Shown here piece after piece: positions 10,125 through 21,186 of a stretch of 38,845 bases of DNA. The translations under genes were made by a program, and so were the position numbers. The stretch's first letter is position 1. The number at the start of each line of letters is the position of its first letter. The stretch comes from Octopus bimaculoides (Eukaryota), in contig NC_068988.1 in the NCBI RefSeq assembly GCF_001194135.2, forward strand, positions 83,844,288-83,883,132. The letters run 5' to 3'. Below the pieces are notes generated by a model that did no database searches, was not told the origin of the DNA, and worked only from the letters and a program-made list of their open reading frames with translations.

Positions 10125-10738
10125 CTTTCCAACCATAGATCCTCCTTCAGGGTCCCCGAAAGGAGATATATAACATCGCTGGGCGGCCATATTTGGCAAT
10201 TGAAGGAAGATGGAATTCCCTACGCGGTATCATGAAAAATCCTCCACCGTTCAGGTTTGTACATAAATGGAATGAAACGCTGCAAGCTATGCATAGTTGA
10301 ACGCATGGAAATCTTGAACAATTCACACATACCAGGGACCATACTGAACTCCAGAACGGAGATTTTCGGGCCCTGCTTGCATTTCAGGAGACTTCTGTTA
10401 GCATTTTGGGAACTGCATAATAGTGATAATAGTGGTATTAGTGATAATTACACCACAGCTGGAAATTGATTGCTGATGAGAGTAGGGGATAACCCCCTAC
10501 CTTTTACCCTCATAGTCGACAGGTGGTGTGACTAAAGGAGGACTACACAGCCAGAAACCACTGACCAGCACCAAAGGGAGATAATCGCCATTGTTTATAT
10601 CTATCATTTCCCCCCCTCCATATTTTAAAGTGGCCATAGGCCATCGGGTCTTAGGGTCTGAAGGTATGCCATAAAGGTGCTCCTTATGGCACGAAAACCA
10701 GGGTAACCCTGTAAACCAGCCTTCACCAGTAATTAATA
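10125..10738 (+). mobile_element. Penelope-like element 3' end: GIY-YIG endonuclease C-terminal region plus pLTR
   Basis: NHRSSFRVPERRYITSLGGHIWQLKEDGIPYAVS*KILHRSGLYINGMKRCKLCIVERMEILNNSHIPGTILNSRTEIFGPCLHFRRLLL matches the H..SF / HIW.LK / W.IL / RC.LC..E / LN.R.E..C.H pattern of PLE endonuclease C-termini. One in-frame stop is present. Confidence 0.8.
10653..10710 (+). ncRNA. Decayed minimal type-I hammerhead ribozyme-like motif in Penelope pLTR
   Basis: AGGGT-CTGAAGG-TA-TGCCATAA(aggtgctcc)TTATGGCA-C-GAAAACCAGGGT-A-ACCCT. Helix I is AGGGT/ACCCT, helix II is 8 bp, helix III is near-palindromic (ACCCAGGGT in the inverted copy), and the triplet is GUA. Confidence 0.55.
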
Positions 10739-10754
10739 TATATATATATGTATA

Positions 10755-12034
10755 TCAGGCTGAGTTAAAAATTAAGCAACGTTTTGAAACATAAAATTCA
10801 TCACAATAAATTTCAAGAATGTCGAAATTTTATTCATCAAAGTAAGTACCATTACAATCAACACATTTTTGCCAATGAGTTACATGTCTGTTTATTCTGG
10901 TAACATAAAAATCTGGAGTTCTGGAGCTGATGAACTCTTTGAATGCACTTTCAGCATCGGTTTGATTTTTTTAACTCCTTCTCTTGCAAGAAACTATCAA
11001 TGTACTTGAAAAAGTGGTAATCAGTAGGAGAAAGTTCTGGGGGAATAAGTTGGATGGGGAAGAACTTTGTAGCCAAGTTCCCTCAACTTCTGGAGCATCA
11101 TTAGTGAAATGTGTGGTTGAGAATTGTCATGAAAAATGATTGACCCTCTTCTGTTGACCAGTCTGGGATGAAGGAGAAGCAGTTTTTTGTTCATTTTGGT
11201 AATATGTTCCTGCAGTAATAGTTCTTTCGGGTTTTAAGAAGTTACAGTGGACGAGTCCAGTAGTACACAGTCCAACAGTCACCATAACCTTCTTTTTTGA
11301 AGAACTTAGGTTTAGGGAAGGTTTTCAGTGCTTCATTTTGGTACAACCACTGTGAAGAACGTTTTTTATTGTTGCACAGAACCTACTTTTCATTGCAAGT
11401 TACAATGTGGTTGAGAAATGGATTGGTCTGGTTACAGAGAAGAGGTGATGAGCAAGTTTCATATCTACCCATTTTCTGATTTTCATTCAAATTGTGTAGT
11501 ACCCATTTGCTGAGCATTTTTGATATTCCGATCACATGCAAATGGTTGCAGGCAGTTTTCTAGCTAACTTGAAGTTCTTTTGTCAGTTCTTGAGTGGGTT
11601 TTACATGAACTTTCTCAATGACAGTCTTTAATTGACTGTCATCAATGACAAATGGGCTTCCACTATGCTCACGAACTTCAAGGTTCAGGTCTCCACTGCA
11701 AAATCGTTTAAACCATTTTCAAGCTGATCACTCACTGGTCATTTCCTCACCAAACGTTTTGTTGGTATCACAAGCAGTTTCAGCTGCTTTACATCCTTTT
11801 TTTGAAGTTTAGTAGCAAAATTGCTCAAATAGCGCACTTTGACTGTTCCATTTCAAATGATTGTGACAATGGTGAAAAAAATATCAATGTTAATTTATTG
11901 ATTCATTTGGGCAAGTCTATGCCTGTATTATCAGACAATTTTTAAAAAAATGTTTCAAATATTTCAGAACTCTGCAAAAGTCTTGTACAAATTCTTCATG
12001 GTTCAAAACGTTGCTTACTTTTTACTCAACCTGA
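10755..12034 (-). mobile_element. Full-length (1280 bp) mariner DD34D transposon, transposase pseudogene (relic CDS 11851-10830)
   Basis: ~40-bp TIRs tcaggctgagttaaaaattaagcaacgttttgaa / ttcaaaacgttgcttactttttactcaacctga, in TA context. Translation: MEQSKCAI...KWFKRFCSGD...KWVLHNL...IVTCNEK*...HDNSQPH...YSP(fs)ELSPTDYHFF...NGTYFDE*, with multiple stops and frameshifts. Confidence 0.95.
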
Positions 12035-12234
12035 TNNNNNNNNNNNNNNNNNNNNNNNNNNNNNNNNNNNNNNNNNNNNNNNNNNNNNNNNNNNNNNNNN
12101 NNNNNNNNNNNNNNNNNNNNNNNNNNNNNNNNNNNNNNNNNNNNNNNNNNNNNNNNNNNNNNNNNNNNNNNNNNNNNNNNNNNNNNNNNNNNNNNNNNNN
12201 NNNNNNNNNNNNNNNNNNNNNNNNNNNNNNNNNN

Positions 12235-12282
<48 letters not shown>

Positions 12283-12285
12283 ATA

Positions 12286-13471
12286 CAGATTGTGAGAGGT
12301 ATTTGAAGTCATATTTGATAATTTAATAAACCAAATATATTTTGATAAAAATTTGTGCACATATTCTCATTAACTTTCAGCTTTGATGACTGCTGCAATG
12401 CAGGACTGGAATTAATGACATGCCTGTACTAAATGGTTCTTATTAATTTTTGACATCACTTGAATGATGGTGGCCTTAAGGAAGTTGTGGTAATGCAAGG
12501 ATGCCCATTAGTCTCTCTTTCAACAATGCACTAAATATAGTAATCCTTGGGATTTAAATCCAGCAGACTTGGAGGATGTTACATGATTGTAAAGGTTGTT
12601 TGATATCCATTTGTGAACCATGTGGGCTTCTTGAGAAGGTGATGAGTCTTCTTGAAACATGTATAGCTTTTCTCTGTGTACTTTATCCATCCAGGACTTA
12701 ACAATTGTCTCCAACATCTCAATGTATCCAGTTGCCTTTATTCTGTGGAAAGATGTGGGATGGAATGACGTGACCTTCATTACTCATCACTCCTATAATC
12801 ATTAATGGAATTTTAGTGTGCATCACTTTGGGAACATCTGAGGGATCTGCACATAACCATCTGTAATTTCTCCTGTTAAACTTTTGGTCTCGGTCAGAGT
12901 TTTTCTACTCAGAGAAGAACCAAAGCAACCCGTAGTCTTTAGGGTTTCTAACCTTGTTAAATAACTACTTGGTATAGATCAAATGGCTTTCCTGTGTCTC
13001 TGCAGGCATGGAATGGTTTCTCCTCAGCACATACAACTTGTATTGAAAGTCCATGTGTATCACAGTTCTGATAATTTCCTATGACACTTGGAGTTCTTTG
13101 ATGATGGCCTTCATTGATATACTGGGATTATCATAAATTATGTTGTGAATCCATTGGATGAATTGTGATGTCCTTAAAGAGTCTGAATGTTTAGAATGCT
13201 TATTTTTCTTTGATACAGTCAAAACATTTCCACGAGAGGCTTCCACTTTCACCCAAGCTTTGTGTGCAAAAGATCTTGCAACATTTAGAAAATTAGCAAT
13301 TTCTAAATTGCTGTGTTTCACACATATAGCAACAATAGCTACATGTCTTTTCATTTCTTGTATTAGCTTTTTATCTGGCATGGAGGATTTGAAAATAATA
13401 AAACCATTTAATTGGTTTCAAGAGAGTAATACATTGATAGTTAGATGTGCTGAAATACTCCATACATCCTG
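12286..13471 (-). mobile_element. Near full-length DD37D/maT-like Tc1/mariner transposon, decayed
   Basis: MPDKKLIQEMKRHVAIVAI...EIANFLNVARSF (HTH region), then YIEMLETIVKSW...YMFQEDSSPSQ...(fs)PPSLLDLNPKDYYI. Diverged TACAG-initiated TIRs lie at 12284 and 13473. Confidence 0.85.
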
Positions 13472-13539
13472 TAAGCATGCATGCATGTATGTATGTATGT
13501 GTGTGTGTACATGTGTGTGTGTGTGTGTATGTATATATG

Positions 13540-14352
13540 ATTTTTCTTTGAGTTTAATCTAAGTTCTCCTTGAGAGAGTTCAAGCCAGTCACTAACAAAG
13601 CGACAAGATTTATTGAGTTAAGAAAATTCCTGGTGTTTGTGAATATGTGGCTGAGTTGGTGTGATGGTTGAACTGTCAATGCAAACACCCAAGCAAGTGC
13701 ATTCCTATTAATATCTCAGATGGAGAATTTTGGGAATGTCTTACAACTCTTCATTATGCCACTAATAGATTGGATTTGGAGAGTCTGTGTCAGTTTCTTT
13801 TGCTCTTTTTCCACGAAACTGAGTATTTCCAGGTTTTTGTGCAAATTGCTTGGTACATAACCTAATGCATCTATGATGATAAGCACAAATAAGAATTCAT
13901 AGTCAGGGTACAAGAGCTGTAAGTTCTGCATTAATTTGCTATAAAATGTTCTCTTTTTCCTGGACTTTTAATTGTACATTCATGTCCGCTGGGGAGCTGA
14001 CTTCTACAACAGTGCATGACTTTTGTTCTGTGTCCCACAGAACAACATCAGGTCTGTTATGTTTGCACTGAACTGATGTCTTTATTGGGGCATTCCACCA
14101 GTATTCCTTGTTTTTAAAGGTGTAAATACTTGCTGGTTCTGACATGCCTTTGATGTATACATCATGGTAGTCCTTCCTATAGATAACATTGTAAATCATC
14201 TTTCCAACTATATCATGCCTCAGGAGCAGAAAGTATCTCAAAGACATTTTGGGGAAGCTGCTGTTGGTATAGCAGAACCAACAATTTTTATTACAATGTG
14301 AAGATTTGGTGGTATCTTTGTCCCTCTTGTTTATCAGGTATTTAGTACATAT
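13540..14352 (-). mobile_element. R4/Dong-like non-LTR retrotransposon with restriction-like endonuclease, 5'-truncated (copy A)
   Basis: TKYLINKRD...CWFC...RHDIVGK...KEYWWNAPIKTSVQCKHNRPDVVLWDTEQKSCTVVEVSSPADMNVQLKVQEK...IIIDALGYVP...KTFPKFSI*. This contains the RHD and PD-(D/E)xK RLE motifs. Confidence 0.85.
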
Positions 14353-14454
14353 GCATGTATGTATGTATGTATGTATGTATGTATGTATGTATGTATGTAT
14401 GTATGTATGCATGCATGTATGTATGTATGTATGTATGTATGTATGTATGTATGT
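14353..14454. repeat. (TATG)n / (CATA)n microsatellite running into gap
   Basis: Direct tetranucleotide repeat. Confidence 0.97.
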
Positions 14455-14949
14455 NNNNNNNNNNNNNNNNNNNNNNNNNNNNNNNNNNNNNNNNNNNNNN
14501 NNNNNNNNNNNNNNNNNNNNNNNNNNNNNNNNNNNNNNNNNNNNNNNNNNNNNNNNNNNNNNNNNNNNNNNNNNNNNNNNNNNNNNNNNNNNNNNNNNNN
14601 NNNNNNNNNNNNNNNNNNNNNNNNNNNNNNNNNNNNNNNNNNNNNNNNNNNNNNNNNNNNNNNNNNNNNNNNNNNNNNNNNNNNNNNNNNNNNNNNNNNN
14701 NNNNNNNNNNNNNNNNNNNNNNNNNNNNNNNNNNNNNNNNNNNNNNNNNNNNNNNNNNNNNNNNNNNNNNNNNNNNNNNNNNNNNNNNNNNNNNNNNNNN
14801 NNNNNNNNNNNNNNNNNNNNNNNNNNNNNNNNNNNNNNNNNNNNNNNNNNNNNNNNNNNNNNNNNNNNNNNNNNNNNNNNNNNNNNNNNNNNNNNNNNNN
14901 NNNNNNNNNNNNNNNNNNNNNNNNNNNNNNNNNNNNNNNNNNNNNNNNN

Positions 14950-15670
14950 GCTTACATTTTATTGAGGTCTTCACTGGTACATTCCACCAATATTCCTTTT
15001 TATTATGAGTGGTTATGGCTTCTACCATATTGTGGGTTCTTATTTCTTTGTCCTCAGGATTATCCTTCCAACAGATTTCATTACAGAGTGTCCTAGCTAC
15101 ATCATGTCTCATCAGTAGATAATACCATGATGACATTTTCAGACAACTGTTTATGATGTGGGTGATATCTTCAGTGTGAACTCGACAAAGTCTGCACTTT
15201 ACGCTTAAACTTTATGTCTTTACCTGCATCTCTATCCCTTTTGTGCATCAGGTACTTGGTTGATATTTCCTGTTCCTGGATTGCAAACACATATCTTTCA
15301 AAGTGGGAGGTAGTAATCCAGCTATTGGCCCATGATAAACTCTTTGATGATCAATGTAACTATCATCACAGAGCTTTCTAATAACATACCCATGCATAGT
15401 CTTCTGCTCATACAATGTCATCTTTTCATCTGATGATACATCGCAGTAGATTTGTGCAACTTCTTTGGGCATATATTCTAGGTTATCAGACAAAGAGTGT
15501 TGCTCAAGGAGCTGCCTTCCAAGTCTTAAGATGTTATCAACCTCATGTATGCAAATTTGGTCAAGGGATGCACTTTGACACTTGGTGGTTAAAAGATGTT
15601 GCCGAAGGGATATGATATGACATTCAAAGGCATTTTGGATCGATGTTAAGCCTCTTCCTCCTTGTTTTCA
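14950..15670 (-). mobile_element. Second, diverged R4/Dong-like RLE retrotransposon fragment (copy B)
   Basis: KQGGRGLTSIQNAF...AIQEQEISTKYLMHKRD...(+1 fs)KCRLCRVHTEDITHIINSC...RHDVARTL...KEYWWNVPVKTSIKCK. This covers the post-RT GGRGL motif, the CCHC zinc knuckle and RHD; the 3' part is hidden in the gap. Confidence 0.85.
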
Positions 15671-15775
15671 TACGTATGTATGTACGTACGTACGTACGTA
15701 TGTATGCATGTATGTATGCATGTATGTATGTATGTATGTATGTATGTATGTATGTACGTATGTATGTATGTATGT
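15671..15775. repeat. Mixed (TATG/TACG)n microsatellite
   Basis: Direct repeat abutting the 5' end of RLE copy B. Confidence 0.95.
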
Positions 15776-16107
15776 TGTCGTCTTTCACCTTTAGAATAAA
15801 TTTTGAGCAGTCATCAGCTTGGTATCAAGGTTGTGATGGAAAGCATCTTGTTTGTTCATCANNNNNNNNNNNNNNNNNNNNNNNNNNNNNNNNNNNNNNN
15901 NNNNNNNNNNNNNNNNNNNNNNNNNNNNNNNNNNNNNNNNNNNNNNNNNNNNNNNNNNNNNNNNNNNNNNNNNNNNNNNNNNNNNNNNNNNNNNNNNNNN
16001 NNNNNNNNNNNNNNNNNNNNNNNNNNNNNNNNNNNNNNNNNNNNNNNNNNNNNNNNNNNNNNNNNNNNNNNNNNNNNNNNNNNNNNNNNNNNNNNNNNNN
16101 NNNNNNN

Positions 16108-16171
<64 letters not shown>

Positions 16172-16174
<3 letters not shown>

Positions 16175-16320
16175 GATAGGCTTCTTTCAGTTACCATCTA
16201 CCAAAGCCACTCACAAGGCTTTAGTCATCCCAGAACTGTGATAGGAAATACCTAAGTTGCCTCACAGAGGGATTGAGCTGAAACACATAGGGTTAAGAAG
16301 CAAATTTCTTAACCACCTAT
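16172..16320 (-). mobile_element. tRNA-derived SINE with (CA)n tail (16108-16171)
   Basis: ggcttctttcagttaccatctaccaaagccactcacaaggc is the reverse complement of the body at 8120-8165, and the head gtggttaagaa lies at ~16318. Confidence 0.75.
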
Positions 16321-16439
16321 GCTTAATAAAATCACTGATGTTAATAATGTCCATCAATCAACTGAGTTGAATAATAATAATACTGACTATGCTAGGAATT
16401 CTGAAGTATTTTCATCTTGGTTGAGGAGTTACACAAAAA

Positions 16440-18750
16440 TGAAAACCACAGTTTAGTTAAACACCAGTACAAACCCAATTTTTTACAAGACCAGACCATT
16501 ACTGTTTTCAGAGGTTAAATTGGTAAAAGAAGGAGTAGAATATAAACTACCAAATGGATCCTTTGAATGAATCAATTACAAAGTCTGGGCTGCACCTGTT
16601 ATTACCATTTGGAAACTTGTAAAGTTCAATCTGTGGCAATTTTAAAGTCACCATAACAAATATTTTGAAACTATGATGAAATATTCTATAAATTGAAGGG
16701 TGGGATCAATATTTGCATATCTGATTTAATAGATGCATATTTACAAATCAAATTTACAGAACAATCACAAAAGAATCACTCATGACAAATATGCCTTTTG
16801 TATTTGTATGCAAATACAAATGAATGTTGTTTGGGATTTCTGATATACCTGCTTTATTTCAGTGTCTTCTTGATCAGATGCTATCTGGAATAAAGCAATT
16901 TTTGGCATATATAAACAATATAATCATCAGGACAACAGCTGAAGGACATTCAAATTATCTGGAATTGATATTAATTAGTGTCTTAACAATGGATATGCAA
17001 GTATTTTGAAAATACCTCATGGAGTGACAAATGTGCCCAGCATAGTTACAGGCTGCCCTTTGGCCAGGCACAGCACCTATTCAGCCACCCTGCCAAGGAT
17101 ATGGTGAAGTCATGGGACTGTAGCATGGCAGATTGTGAAGAGGTAGTGGAAGTGTTCATCTGAGCCATTAGTGCTTCTTACATTGATGCTGAGCAGTGGA
17201 ATCCTAGAAGATCAACGGCCAGGATCACCAAGCTCTATTAAGAGAGTAACTGTAATATATCCATAGAGGTAGTGTGCGTGGTTGTATAATCAGCTGATGA
17301 AAGATTAACTATGACTCAAGTTCCAAATTCAAATTCATAATAATGGAACTGGATGATGACAGAAAGTCATGGGAATCCGTGAAAGCAGTGAAAGAAATAT
17401 CTTAGCAATATCATTTGTGCAACTTATAAAAGGTTTTCTGGGAAGAATACTAACGTTATTAAAAAAAACATACCCAATTCCCAAAAATGTAAATGAGCTA
17501 TTAGCATTTGTTTTGAAAGTCAGATATTGCATATTCATTAAAAATATGGCAAATCTCATGTTACCTTTGTATAATTTAACCAAAAATGGAGTAGCATTTG
17601 AATGGTCAAATGATTGTCAATGAAATTTCCTTGATTTGTGTTAAGTTATTGAGGCCCCGAACTTACTCTTTACAATGAAAATTTGTCACTAATTTTGGCA
17701 GCAGACGTGTCTCCAGTTGGTGTTGGAATGATTCAATGACATCATGAAAATAGAGTAGAACATCTGTTGGTTCATGCATCAAAAACATTGAATGTTTATC
17801 AGTAGTGATACATGCAAATAGATAAAGAGAGATTATTAATCATATTTGGTTTTCATATATTCAATTAATTCCTGTATGGATGACATTTTGAATTATTCAC
17901 CAATCAGAAGCCACTAATACACATACTCACATTAAATAAATAAAAATATACCATTTTAACATTTAATCCAGCCATAAATATCTCAAATAGTCTATCTATT
18001 TAATGTTCAAACTGACCAGATCCAGCCTCTCACACTTATCCTACAATATCATTCTAAAAATAAACAGTCACATCATTGAAATCTCAAAGCTATGAGATAA
18101 TGAAGTAATTCAAAATAATGTGAATAAATAAGTATTATATTTGACAGATTAATCTGAATGCTAAAAGGCTAAAGTATCAATGACTGCAGTTCAGGACTAT
18201 GTTATTGGCATCTTGCAAGCATACAATATGAAATAAGGATTTGAAGTAATACAATAAGGCTGATGCCTTATCAAGACTACTAATCAAACCTAGTTATGAT
18301 TTTGACACAAGTCATGAAAAGTATATCTTATCTGGATTTGAAATACATCAAATAATTAAACATCTTGATGGAATACTGGTTACTACTAAAAAAGGGATAG
18401 GCAGAAAAACTAAATATTGAAGACAAAAAAAATATAAGAGAATAATGACAAAAGTGTGACACAGTACATTAACTAAAAGCATATACATTATACACAATAC
18501 ATTAACAAAGAACATCATGGAAATTTTCAAGATTTACCATGATGGAAATTGTCTATAGATTTTCATGGAAATTGTATGAGAATAATTATTCCTAAAACAT
18601 TACAAAATAGAATTTTGACCTAACAGTATGTGGCCAGTATGACTTGCATTAAATATGAAACATTGTAGCATGTTTTAAAATGTGGAACACAGTCACCTGG
18701 GGCTTGAATAAAACAAAAGATACAGCAACTGACCAAAAATATAGAGGTTA
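16440..18750 (+). mobile_element. Heavily decayed Ty3/Gypsy pol (RT, RNase H, start of integrase zinc-binding region)
   Basis: Fragments across frameshifts: WAAPV; LDLIDAYLQI; MLFGISDIPALFQCLLDQML...LAYINNII (the YxDD position, degenerate); PKNVNELLAF...LPLYNLTK...FEWSNDCQ; ILAADVSPVGVG; HASKTL; ADALSRL; RIIIPKTLQNRIL. Confidence 0.85.
17010..17330 (+). mobile_element. Possible very old mariner N-terminal fragment nested in the Gypsy RT
   Basis: It interrupts Gypsy collinearity. Scattered motifs YGE, IVKR*W, LEDQRPGSPS and DERLTMTQV resemble the mariner HTH region. Confidence 0.3.
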
Positions 18751-19544
18751 GCATAGATTGGATATGACAATCATGTCCAGCATATCAGTCAATTATTAAT
18801 GGACCTGATGATAGTGGTGGTGCTAGTGGTGGGGGTAGCAATTGTGGTGGGTGTCACTGTCATTATCCAGTCTTTCGGCTTTGTTGCCATTTTGTAGAAT
18901 GTGATCCAAAGGAGATTTGGTTGTTATTTTCTAGTAGGTGGGGGTGGAGAGGCAAGCTGTGCAGATGTTTCCTCATTGGCTCATTCGCTGTCTTAGAAGA
19001 AGATTGATTGTCAGAAAATCTGAGTGGTCAATCACCTGCAAGGTAAATGATAATCTGTGTCTGTTAACGTTGTCTCTTTCCTTCTCGAGACTGTAAAGAT
19101 AAACTGCCATAACAGGCACAATATGTTTATTAACACAGCCTAAATAAATAAACAAATGCAGACATCTTCAGTCAATAACCTTAACTGTTGTAAGTCAGAG
19201 GTAGAGGAGAAGGAGGAGAGTCAACTCTTATTACTCTACCTTGTTTTAGTTTCCATTCCCTCCTTTTTCTTTCTCTCTCAGTACTGTACAGTTTGTTGAA
19301 CCATACAATACACTTGTTACCTCTTTCTCTGTCATTATCTCTCACACTCTCACCCCTCTACTTTCAACCACCTACCTCCTCCCTTTGCATCATAGATCTC
19401 CAAACACCAGAGATCTTTGTTAGATCTCTCTCCTCTTCTTTCTCTATTTGCAGTACAGTGATTGTCAGCTGTCTCTTACTCGCTGTCTTGCTGTCCATTG
19501 CATGCATACTGTCACTGAAGAGCGTAGCATACAGTCTTCTGTAT

Positions 19545-19924
19545 TGTTGGCACTCCGTCACTTACGACGTTGAGGGTTCCAGTTGATCCGATCAACGGAA
19601 CAGCCTGCTCGTGAAATTAACGTGCAAGTGGCTGAGCTCTCCACAGACACGTGTACCCTTAACGTAGTTCTCAGGGATATTCAGCGTGACACAGTGTGAC
19701 AAGGCTGGCCCTTTGAATTACAGGCACAACAGAAACAGGAAGAAAGAGTGAGAGAAAGTTGTGGTGAAAGAGTACAGCAGGGTTCGCTACCATCCCCTGC
19801 TGGAGCCTCGTGGAGCTTTAGGTATTTTCGCTCAATAAACACTCACAATGCCCGGTCTGGGAATCGAAACCGCGATCCTATGACCGCGAGTCCGCTGCCC
19901 TAACCACTGGGCCATTGCGCCTCC
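19545..19924 (-). mobile_element. Complete, young tRNA(Arg-like)-derived SINE with 14-bp target-site duplication
   Basis: Head GGAGGCGCAATGGCCCAGTGGTTAGGGCAGCGGACTCGCGGTC...GGTTTCGATTCCC contains A- and B-box-like motifs and TCG in the anticodon-like position. TSD acagtcttctgtat at 19531-19544 and 19925-19938. CpG-rich. Confidence 0.9.
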
Positions 19925-20217
19925 ACAGTCTTCTGTATATGCTGGGGTTAACTTCAGACAGTGTCATGGTAAGATTCATACTACAATAGTGACTCTCTAA
20001 TGACATGAATTGCTCACATTTACCTGGTAAAAGATATGAATAATGAGTCATTAGCCAGAGCTAGTCTATGAGGGAAATGGCTACCAATAAAAACTAACTT
20101 AAACCAAATCAACCTGTCCAATCTACACTGGCATGGTAAGTAGATGGCAGTGGTGGCAGTGGTGGCAGTAGTGGTGGTGGTGGTGGTGGTGGTGGTGGTA
20201 AATATGCTGATGATTGT

Positions 20218-20232
20218 CATCATCATGATCAT

Positions 20233-20280
<48 letters not shown>

Positions 20281-20281
20281 T
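20218..20281. repeat. (ATC)n microsatellite, preceded by (GGT)n at ~20147-20198
   Basis: Direct trinucleotide repeats. Confidence 0.95.
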
Positions 20282-20284
20282 ATG

Positions 20285-20505
20285 AATGGTTGATTGGCAG
20301 AGTTGTTGGAGAGTCAGATAAAATTACTGGCAATATTTCTTTGATCCTCTGAGTTTAAATATTACCAAGGGGAGCTTTGCTTTTCACTCCTCCAGGGTCC
20401 ATGAAATAAGGTGCCAGTCAAGTCCTGGGATTCTTGGTATCAACTGACTCTTTCCCTAAAAAAATTAATGACTTTGTGCCTTATTAGAAACAATTATTAT
20501 TATTA
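20285..20505 (+). mobile_element. Decayed tRNA-derived SINE (4653 family)
   Basis: ttggcagagttgtt...ctgagtttaaat...ctttgcttttcactcc...aaataaggtgccagt...ttgtgcct, ending in an (ATT)n tail. Confidence 0.7.
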
Positions 20506-20509
20506 GTAT

Positions 20510-20660
20510 GCATGCATGACAGAGTGTAAGCATCTTGTGTGAAAAGTTGAGCATAAGAGGCATCAGGTGTGGTGTGTAAGAGAGACGACTGTGCTGGTAT
20601 AGTCATGTGATATGTATGGACAAGGATAACTATGTGAAGAAGTGTCGCACTCTAACGGCT
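20510..20660 (+). mobile_element. Decayed RTE ORF C-terminal fragment
   Basis: Aligns by eye with 38620-38760 (cagagtgtaag...aaaagttgagcataagaggcatcag...agagagacgactg...tggtat...catgtg). Confidence 0.65.
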
Positions 20661-20929
20661 TATATCACTAGCAAGGAAATAAATTCCCTGCCACCTCCAG
20701 CAATGAGACCCTTAGATCACATGATTTTGATTATGGTTTTATCAATGATGGACACTTAACTACTAGAGATAGCAGTGCCACAACAGGCACTGGTGTCACA
20801 GTTAGCCAGTGAGCTTGTTAAAAACACGGAACAAGAATTTTTAAATGATAGATTTTTGAAACAGAACAAGTAAAACTTATGAGCAATTTGAAGGGTTGTC
20901 TTAGTGATACAAAAAGCAACAACAACAAT

Positions 20930-21150
20930 AATGGTTTCAAATTTTGGCACAAGGCCAGTAATTTTGGGGGAAGGGCTAAATCATTTAAATCGACCCCAGT
21001 GATCGACTGGTGCTTATTTTATCAACTCTGAAAGGAATAAAGGCAAAGTTGACCTCAGTGGAATTTGAACCCAGAACATAATGACAGACAAAATCTCACT
21101 AATTATTCTGCCCAGCATGCTAATGATTTTGCCAGCTCACCACCTTAATA
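20930..21150 (-). mobile_element. tRNA-derived SINE (4653 family)
   Basis: ggcacaaggcc...tcgaccccagt...gactggtgcttatttt...aaaggcaaagttgacctc...gaatttgaac...gccagctcacc. Confidence 0.75.
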
Positions 21151-21186
21151 ATCATCATCATTATTTAATGTCTGTTTATATATACA

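Noticed and set aside
10473-10570. CTGATGA followed by hairpin GTAGGGG/CCCCTAC and a distant GAAAC as another hammerhead
   Set aside because: GAAA does not follow the hairpin directly, and no convincing helix I or III can be drawn.
17294-17320. CTGATGAAAG hammerhead-like core
   Set aside because: There is no helix II or downstream GAAA.
19515-19528. CTGAAGAGCGTAGC, a 13-nt match to the 25531 hammerhead motif
   Set aside because: It lacks the GCTC-GAAAC continuation on either side of the neighbouring SINE, so it is probably a chance match.
19850-19926. tRNA-Arg gene on the minus strand
   Set aside because: It has A/B-box-like motifs but no properly paired acceptor stem, and it continues into a SINE body bounded by a TSD.
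20756-20890. Plus-strand frame EIAVPQQALVSQLASELVKNTEQEFLNDRFLKQN as an exon
   Set aside because: The splice signals are weak, no family is recognised, and it conflicts in strand with the other weak candidates.
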